DNA of 64,000 nucleotides from a phage: NCBI GenBank assembly GCA_011839185.1, contig GCA_011839185.1_3918.1; one strand, 5' to 3'. Shown piece by piece: positions 58,705 to 64,000 of this stretch (position 1 is its first letter; each line of letters starts with the position of its first letter). The notes under the pieces were generated by a model. It saw only the letters and a program-made list of their open reading frames with translations, ran no database searches and was not told where the DNA came from. The position numbers and the translations under genes were made by a program.

Positions 58705-58849
58705 CCAATTAGTTAGCAGATTACTTAGACGACCTTATCGGGTCTCCGTGTAAGGAGGTGGTCTGTATCTCATGTTTTCCAGAACATGTAAATAATCTGA
58801 GAAGGGGCTTTACAGTGTTGAGATAACAGGGTAAGCTTCGAATTATAGT

Positions 58850-58929
58850 ATGGGACGATGTTAAGACTCTAAGGCATGAGCAACGGCTTCCAACACCGTT
58901 TCAAAGGGGTTCAACTCCTCCGTCCCATG
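58850..58929 (+). tRNA. atypical tRNA candidate, anticodon probably CCA (Trp)
   Basis: 8-bp acceptor pairing atgggacg/cgtcccat, canonical T-loop ttcaact, anticodon arm acggc-ttccaac-accgt; D-region about 6 nt too long. Confidence 0.4.
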
Positions 58930-58945
58930 CCAAAGTCTTATTAGG

Positions 58946-59033
58946 GGTAGGTAGCGGCTAATGGTAGCCAAACTGTCTTGAAAACAGTTGCCACTGTAGA
59001 GATACGGTGAGGGTTCGACTCCTTTACTTACCG
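58946..59033 (+). tRNA. tRNA-Ser (anticodon TGA), long variable arm
   Basis: 88 nt; anticodon arm actgt-cttgaaa-acagt; T-loop ttcgact; no encoded CCA. Confidence 0.7.
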
Positions 59034-59290
59034 CCTAATAAGATTTAAAGCCAAGCTTCATTCGGATGTTGCTTTGGTATCCCTCGTGTATTGTCGTACA
59101 CACTGATAAAGCACCTAGTAGGTGTCACGGAGAAGAGATAATATCAAGCTCTCCAAAGGTTCTAGTCACCGGATTAAACAAGACTATGCAAAGACCTATT
59201 TAGGTCTTTTTAGAGGGCTTCTAAGGTTATTACAGCTTGTTGTGGAACCTTGTTGCTTAGGTTCTTAGAAGTTCTCTAAAAAGATTTAAT

Positions 59291-59364
59291 GCACCTATAG
59301 CCCAACTGGTAGAGGCAGCAGACTTAGAATCTGCTCAGTGTGAGTTCGAATCTCTCTAGGTGTA
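59291..59364 (+). tRNA. tRNA with TAG anticodon (Leu by anticodon) but short variable arm
   Basis: Anticodon arm gcaga-cttagaa-tctgc; 74 nt; discriminator A; CCA encoded. Confidence 0.55.
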
Positions 59365-59374
59365 CCAAATTAAT

Positions 59375-59447
59375 GCAGGTGTAGCAAAATGGTTATGCGG
59401 CTGACTCTTAATCAGTAAGACGATGGGTTCAATTCCCTCCACCTGTA
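59375..59447 (+). tRNA. tRNA-Lys (anticodon CTT)
   Basis: Anticodon arm gctga-ctcttaa-tcagt; scaffold similar to the TTT Lys tRNA at 57582. Confidence 0.6.
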
Positions 59448-59456
59448 CCAAACATT

Positions 59457-59529
59457 GGGGTCATAGTTTATATGGTTAAAATTCGAGTTTTGCAAACTTG
59501 GGAACTGAGTTCAATTCTCAGTGACTCCA
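59457..59529 (+). tRNA. tRNA-Ala (anticodon TGC)
   Basis: Anticodon loop tttgcaa; G3-U70 wobble in acceptor stem; T-arm ctgag-ttcaatt-ctcag; CCA encoded. Confidence 0.75.
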
Positions 59530-59538
59530 CCAATTAGT

Positions 59539-59610
59539 GCATCCATAGTTTAAACGGGAAAATTACAGTCTTCCAAACTGAGGTTGAGGGTTCGATTCCC
59601 TCTGGATGCT
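59539..59610 (+). tRNA. tRNA-Gly (anticodon TCC)
   Basis: Anticodon loop cttccaa; acceptor gcatcca/tggatgc; T-arm gaggg-ttcgatt-ccctc; CCA encoded. Confidence 0.7.
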
Positions 59611-59620
59611 CCAAATTAAT

Positions 59621-59693
59621 GCTCCTATCGTATAATTGGCTATTACGGTTGCCTTGTAAGCAACTTATCAGGGTTCGAATCCTTGTGGGAGCA
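59621..59693 (+). tRNA. tRNA-Thr (anticodon TGT)
   Basis: Anticodon arm gttgc-cttgtaa-gcaac; T-loop ttcgaat; CCA encoded. Confidence 0.75.
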
Positions 59694-59792
59694 CCAATTC
59701 AGAGGTCAAGTGAAAGACCGCTTTGAGTCAACTGAAGACCGTAACAAATTCCACGGAGTTGAGTTAGCGGCACAACTCCAGACCTCTTTCAT

Positions 59793-59864
59793 ACTCGCTT
59801 AGTTTATATGGTAAAACATCACCCTTACAAGATGAAGAAAAAGGTTCAAGTCCTTTAGTGAGTA
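59793..59864 (+). tRNA. tRNA-Val (anticodon TAC)
   Basis: Anticodon loop cttacaa; D-arm gttt/aaac; T-arm aaagg-ttcaagt-ccttt; CCA encoded. Confidence 0.7.
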
Positions 59865-59868
59865 CCAT

Positions 59869-59943
59869 GTTCCAGTATCCCAATTGGCAGAGGATGCAAG
59901 CTCAAACCTTGTACTAGTGACGGTTCGAATCCGTCTTGGAACA
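59869..59943 (+). tRNA. tRNA with CAA anticodon (Leu by anticodon) but short variable arm
   Basis: Anticodon arm gcaag-ctcaaac-cttgt; Leu-like D-arm ccaattggcagagg; 75 nt. Confidence 0.55.
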
Positions 59944-59951
59944 CCAATTTT

Positions 59952-60024
59952 GCAGGATTAGTTCAAATGGATAGAGCAACAGTCTACGAAGCTGTTAGTA
60001 GGGGTTCGAATCCCTTATCCTGCG
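59952..60024 (+). tRNA. tRNA-Arg (anticodon ACG)
   Basis: Anticodon arm acagt-ctacgaa-gctgt; acceptor gcaggat/atcctgc; CCA encoded. Confidence 0.7.
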
Positions 60025-60284
60025 CCAGATAAGCAAGAGGAATTTATGCAAACATTAATCGTCGTTGAACATGAAAATCCCAACAGTATTGAGTTTGTAA
60101 GGGTTCCCACTATAGATACTCACATTTTCTTGAAAGTCGGATGGGAATGCGACCCGATAAAAGTAGGAAAATTTCTTGGTCATTACTTTGGTGGAAGACA
60201 ATTTAAAAGTATCAATTTTGAGACAGTATTACCAGAAAACTCAGAAACAGACAATAATACTTACCTCCTTACGAGGATTAGACA

Positions 60285-60842
60285 ATGAGATACTTAAAAT
60301 ATGTTTCATGGATTTTCTTAGCTTTGTTAGAACCATTTGCAGCAACCCTAGCAGTCATCTTAGCACCTTTCGTAGTTCCATTCTACAGTGAGAAGAAAGG
60401 GCATCTACCTTTTGGATTCAGATGGATGGAGACCTATGACAACCCTATTGATGGTGACAAAGGCCACGTTGAGAGATGGGCTAAGATTAGAAAGATTGGT
60501 AAGCTTGGTGTCTACATGCAGAGAGTTGGATGGCTCTGGAGAAACAAAGCTTATAACTTCTCTTACCATGTATTAGGAAGAGATGTAAAAGACGTTACTA
60601 AGTGGAAAGGTAATATCAACGTAAGTTCTAACCCTGAAGATAATCAAACAGGTTATCTCCTAATGTGGAATAGCAATGCTTGGGGATTATTTGCTTTTAT
60701 CCCATCAATTAAAGTCTTTGGTAAACAGTTTTACTGGAGAATTTATATTGGATGGAAACTAAAAAGTGTTGTCCCAGAAGAAAGAGCATTCTCAAGGGAA
60801 AGAGTTATGTTGGCATTCTTTATTCATCCACTGAGAAAGTAA
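60285..60842 (+). CDS. hypothetical membrane protein (185 aa) embedded in tRNA cluster
   Basis: N-terminal hydrophobic segment WIFLALLEPFAATLAVILAPFVVPF; tryptophan-rich. Confidence 0.45.
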   Translation: MRYLKYVSWIFLALLEPFAATLAVILAPFVVPFYSEKKGHLPFGFRWMETYDNPIDGDKGHVERWAKIRKIGKLGVYMQRVGWLWRNKAYNFSYHVLGRDVKDVTKWKGNINVSSNPEDNQTGYLLMWNSNAWGLFAFIPSIKVFGKQFYWRIYIGWKLKSVVPEERAFSRERVMLAFFIHPLRK

Positions 60843-60849
60843 AGATTTA

Positions 60850-60922
60850 AAGGGGATTAGTTTACAAGGTTAAAACCTCGGTCTTTGAAATCGAAGAAGT
60901 TGGTTCAATTCCAACATCCCCC
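60850..60922 (+). tRNA. tRNA-Gln (anticodon TTG)
   Basis: Anticodon arm tcggt-ctttgaa-atcga; weak 1-72 pair; T-arm gttgg-ttcaatt-ccaac; CCA encoded. Confidence 0.7.
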
Positions 60923-60927
60923 GCCAA

Positions 60928-61003
60928 TGCTCCATTACTCCAATTGGCAGAGAGGCCAGACTTAAAATCTGTGTTATGTATCGGTTCGAATCCGATATGG
61001 AGT
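60928..61003 (+). tRNA. tRNA with TAA anticodon (Leu by anticodon) but short variable arm
   Basis: Anticodon loop cttaaaa; Leu-like D-arm ccaattggcagag; 76 nt. Confidence 0.55.
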
Positions 61004-61011
61004 ACCAAATT

Positions 61012-61084
61012 TAGCGGTATAGCATAACTGGCAATGCAACAGTCTCTGAAGCTGTCCTATTAAGGTTCAAATCCTTATGCCGCT
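61012..61084 (+). tRNA. tRNA-Gln (anticodon CTG)
   Basis: Anticodon arm acagt-ctctgaa-gctgt; acceptor agcggta/tgccgct; CCA encoded. Confidence 0.65.
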
Positions 61085-61118
61085 GCCACTTCTAAGGGTT
61101 CTTACGAGAGTCCTTAAA

Positions 61119-61191
61119 TGTGGCCTTATCATAAATGGTAATGACCCATGCTGTGAACATGGTCTATACGGGTTCAAATCCCGTAGGTCAC
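61119..61191 (+). tRNA. tRNA-His (anticodon GTG)
   Basis: Anticodon arm ccatg-ctgtgaa-catgg; discriminator C; CCA encoded. Confidence 0.7.
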
Positions 61192-61200
61192 CCCAATTTA

Positions 61201-61273
61201 TAGTCCAAGTAGCTTATATGGTTAAAGCGCGTGTCTGAAAAACATGAGAAGAGGGTTCAAATCCCACTGGACT
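61201..61273 (+). tRNA. tRNA-Phe (anticodon GAA)
   Basis: Anticodon arm cgtgt-ctgaaaa-acatg; D-arm gctt...aagc; exact ends uncertain by 1-2 nt. Confidence 0.6.
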
Positions 61274-61293
61274 ACCAATTTCAAAGGTGCTTA

Positions 61294-62028
61294 ATGAAAG
61301 AGATGACAGAACAAGGTAAGGAGATTTTTAATCTCTTAAAAACCGGTAAAGGGTTCTCTAACCCACTTATTACTGGTGCAGCAGTTCTCGGTGGAACCGT
61401 AGCTGCTTCTACATCACTTGTAAGCTCTATTAGTTCTGTAACAGACCCTACAATGAAGGAGAAACTTGTTGCTGCTGGACTTACAACAGTCCTTCTAAAC
61501 AGCTTTACAACAAGCCTTACAAGCACTACAGCAACTACTAAGACCCTAACAGACTACGGTCAAAAGTCTATTGATGAGTTTTCATCACGTATGCAGGTAG
61601 CAAAGGGATACTCCAATGTTATGGGTGCAGCAGGAGAACAAGTTGGTTGTACACCATTCAGTGGTATTATGGGTGTTGCTACAGAGTATGGTCAAAAAGC
61701 TATTGACATGATGAACAGTACACTAGATAGTGTTAATGGTGTGTTAAGTGACTTACAAGATGCTATTGACAAAGGTCTTGATACTATTTCTGATTTAGCT
61801 GAGCAAGCTGTTAGTAAGATTAATGAAGGTATTTCAAAAATTACAGCTTATGCAGATGAAGTTGTGCAGATGATTGAAGAAGAAGCTGCTCTTATTGCAG
61901 AGTACCTTAAAACGAATATCAATGGGTTCTTAGCAGGTATCTTACCAGACTGGTTTGATGATGCCTGTAAAACTGGTGTAATTGACACTATTGCAACACC
62001 AGAAATGAAGAACGCATTACAGAAATAA
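61294..62028 (+). CDS. hypothetical Ser/Thr-rich protein (244 aa)
   Basis: ORF between tRNA-Phe and tRNA-Ser; start reset to ATG at 61294 after AAAGG (track start lies in the tRNA). Confidence 0.45.
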   Translation: MKEMTEQGKEIFNLLKTGKGFSNPLITGAAVLGGTVAASTSLVSSISSVTDPTMKEKLVAAGLTTVLLNSFTTSLTSTTATTKTLTDYGQKSIDEFSSRMQVAKGYSNVMGAAGEQVGCTPFSGIMGVATEYGQKAIDMMNSTLDSVNGVLSDLQDAIDKGLDTISDLAEQAVSKINEGISKITAYADEVVQMIEEEAALIAEYLKTNINGFLAGILPDWFDDACKTGVIDTIATPEMKNALQK

Positions 62029-62030
62029 AT

Positions 62031-62120
62031 GGAAGATTAACCCTAAAAGGTAAGGGAGCAGTTTGCTAAACTGCCAGTAGCTGAGAAATCGGTGTACCAG
62101 TTCAAGTCTGGTATCTTCCT
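62031..62120 (+). tRNA. tRNA-Ser (anticodon GCT), long variable arm
   Basis: 90 nt; anticodon arm gcagt-ttgctaa-actgc; T-arm accag-ttcaagt-ctggt; CCA encoded. Confidence 0.7.
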
Positions 62121-62127
62121 CCAATTT

Positions 62128-62200
62128 GAATCCGTGACAGAAATGGCTATGTGCCTGTCTGCAAAACAGGTTTATAAGGGTTCGAGTCCCTTCGGATTCT
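62128..62200 (+). tRNA. tRNA-Cys (anticodon GCA)
   Basis: Anticodon arm cctgt-ctgcaaa-acagg; acceptor gaatccg/cggattc; CCA encoded. Confidence 0.75.
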
Positions 62201-62241
62201 CCAAGTTATTTTACTCTCTCTCAATTAAAATAATAATAATG

Positions 62242-62301
62242 CCCTGCTATAAGTATTCTTCCTTTCGCTACCGAAGAGTATTTTTAGACAGGGCTTTTTT
62301 A
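62242..62301 (+). terminator. rho-independent terminator at the end of the tRNA cluster
   Basis: Long imperfect hairpin GCCCTG...CAGGGC followed by TTTTTT. Confidence 0.55.
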
Positions 62302-62365
62302 CAGAGTTATACTTTATAAGAAGACTTATACAGTATGTCTCTGACGTACATTGTGGTTTCTCCTT

Positions 62366-62389
62366 GACGGTCTCTGTGCCGTCTTTTTT
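62366..62389 (+). terminator. second rho-independent terminator
   Basis: GACGG tctctgtg CCGTC followed by TTTTTT. Confidence 0.55.
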
Positions 62390-62425
62390 AAGGGGAAACA
62401 TGGTTAACTATTTGGAGAAAACATA

Positions 62426-62626
62426 ATGAGCGAGACCGTTTATAAAGAGCTTTATGAAGCTAATAAGAAGCTAGAATTTATGCAGAATACTATCATGGCA
62501 ATTGCAGACAGATTGTCTGTAGCAACAGGTATTGATATTAAAGAAGCATCTATGGATGCACTTCTTGATGCTGTTGATGCAAAGTTCGAAGTTAAGAAAG
62601 AAGAGACTGCTACAGACTCTGAATAA
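62426..62626 (+). CDS. small acidic protein (66 aa) upstream of terminase; possible small terminase-associated protein
   Basis: ORF with AGGAG-like RBS; function not evident. Confidence 0.35.
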   Translation: MSETVYKELYEANKKLEFMQNTIMAIADRLSVATGIDIKEASMDALLDAVDAKFEVKKEETATDSE

Positions 62627-62647
62627 TTCTATTTGCGGAGGTGCTTA

Positions 62648-64000
62648 ATGGACTTAAATGCTGTTAAGCAGAAGCGAGTGGAAGATGTTAGGAAAGTCCT
62701 AGCTGGAGAGTTGGGGCTCTCTGATGAAGTAAAAGAAATTATCAAATCATTCGGTAAAGACCCCTCTAAATTCCTTCCAACTCAAATTCTGACTTTATTA
62801 AGATACACACCAGACCAAGTTAGACTTATCTTCAAATTGATGACTGATAAGAATTATGTAGCCCCTCAGCCGGGTTCTCAAGAGGTCTTTTTAAATACTA
62901 ATGCTGACTTGGTTCTCTATGGTGGTGCTGCTGGTGCTGGTAAAACTGCTGCATTGTTAATGGATTCTTTAAGGTTTATTGAAGACCCTAACTATAATGC
63001 TGTATATTTCCGTCGAAATACAACACAGCTACAAGGTGGTTTATGGCCTGCTGCAAAGAAACTATTTGGTAAGTTTGGTGGGATTCCTCACGAGCAGAAA
63101 ATGACTATCACATTCCCTTCTGGGGCAACTATCAAGTTTACCTACCTAGAACTTGAAAAGCACGCTGAAGGTCATCAGGGTATTGAATACTCAGCTATTT
63201 ACTTTGACGAAGGTACACACTTCTCTGCTTCACAGATTTCATACCTACAAACCCGTCTACGTTCTGGTGCTGAAGGTGATTCATACATGAAGATTTCCAT
63301 GAACCCAGACAGAGACCACTTTATTTACGATTGGGTAGAGCCATTCTTAGATGAAGAAGGCTATCCAGACCCTGAAAAATGTGGTCGTATTCGTTGGTAT
63401 GTAATGAACGATGGTGTGATGGTTTCTGATTGGGAGAGAGACAAGATTCTTGAAATGTTCCCTCTTGAGATTCCTCAAACATACACCTTTATCTCTGGTA
63501 CGATTGATGATAACCCAATCCTTGACTTCTTAGAGCCTAAGTACCGTGGTAAGTTGGAAAACAACACCCCTGTAAACGTTGCAAGACTTCGTTTCGGTAA
63601 CTGGAAGGCTCGTGCAGAAGGTTCAAACTATTGGCAAAGGCAATGGTGTGAGATTGTTGATTCACTCCCAGAAGATGTATTTGATGTTAGAGCGTGGGAC
63701 TTAGCAGCAACTTTACCATCTGAGATTAACCCTAATCCAGACTGGACAGCAGGTGTTAAGATGGGTAAATCTAAAAAAGACGGTTGCTATTATATCATTG
63801 ATGTAGTAAGATTTAGAGATAGACCCTCTGGAGTCGAAACACAAATTAATTTGACTGCTGAAAGTGACGGTAAGCGAACTGGTATTTTTATCCCTCAAGA
63901 CCCAGGCGCTGCTGGTAAATCCTACGCAACATCCCTCATCAGGAAACTTGCCGAGAAAGGTTATCGTGCAAGAGCTAAACCAACAAATAAAGATAAAGTT
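62648..64000 (+). CDS. terminase large subunit (5' portion; continues beyond window end)
   Basis: Manual translation from ATG at 62648 is open to the window end; Walker A-like LYGGAAGAGKTAA near the N-terminus. Confidence 0.75.
   Translation, partial: MDLNAVKQKRVEDVRKVLAGELGLSDEVKEIIKSFGKDPSKFLPTQILTLLRYTPDQVRLIFKLMTDKNYVAPQPGSQEVFLNTNADLVLYGGAAGAGKTAALLMDSLRFIEDPNYNAVYFRRNTTQLQGGLWPAAKKLFGKFGGIPHEQKMTITFPSGATIKFTYLELEKHAEGHQGIEYSAIYFDEGTHFSASQISYLQTRLRSGAEGDSYMKISMNPDRDHFIYDWVEPFLDEEGYPDPEKCGRIRWYVMNDGVMVSDWERDKILEMFPLEIPQTYTFISGTIDDNPILDFLEPKYRGKLENNTPVNVARLRFGNWKARAEGSNYWQRQWCEIVDSLPEDVFDVRAWDLAATLPSEINPNPDWTAGVKMGKSKKDGCYYIIDVVRFRDRPSGVETQINLTAESDGKRTGIFIPQDPGAAGKSYATSLIRKLAEKGYRARAKPTNKDKV

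Noticed and set aside
61231-61293. Track start of ORF 61231-62028
   Set aside because: The first 21 codons overlap tRNA-Phe; the ATG at 61294, preceded by AAAGG, is a better start

Overview
This window reads as a 64-kb segment of a large virulent dsDNA phage genome (no host-like housekeeping genes; dense short ORFs; many sigma70-like TTGACA promoters; a 27-gene tRNA cluster). Gene content (family A DNA polymerase, T7-type primase-helicase, ATP-dependent ligase, class I and class III ribonucleotide reductases, rIIA/rIIB, T4-type lysozyme, a PRPP-synthetase-like plus Nampt-like pair, several free-standing HNH/GIY-YIG endonucleases) resembles Felixounavirus-type myophages, but that assignment is inference from memory, not a database result. 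Layout: a leftward block (141-9285: ligase, HNH, DNA polymerase); a rightward block (9543-45120: dNMP kinase, primase-helicase, SSB-like, flap endonuclease, nrdA/B/H/D/G, NAD salvage pair, rIIA/rIIB, lytic transglycosylase-like, spanins, macro-domain protein, then about 16 small genes separated by repeated promoter/stem-loop/RBS cassettes); a 1.6-kb ORF-free region packed with phased TGTTAAG-like iterons (45121-46765); a second leftward block (46766-54162, includes lysozyme); and a rightward block with a vWA/MIDAS protein, the tRNA cluster with an embedded HNH endonuclease and conserved structured spacers, two terminators, and the 5' part of the terminase large subunit running off the window end. 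The most notable candidate systems are (i) the adjacent Prs-like and Nampt-like genes, which match the two-gene architecture of the recently reported phage NAD+ reconstitution pathway NARP1, with a macro-domain protein nearby; (ii) covarying structured spacer RNAs and a tRNA-like fragment inside the tRNA cluster, next to a vWA protein that may be Ro60/TROVE-like; (iii) the cassette-flanked small-gene array; and (iv) the iteron field. All coordinates for tRNAs, promoters and terminators were derived by eye and may be off by a few bases; all protein calls rest on motifs I could read in the translations, not on searches.
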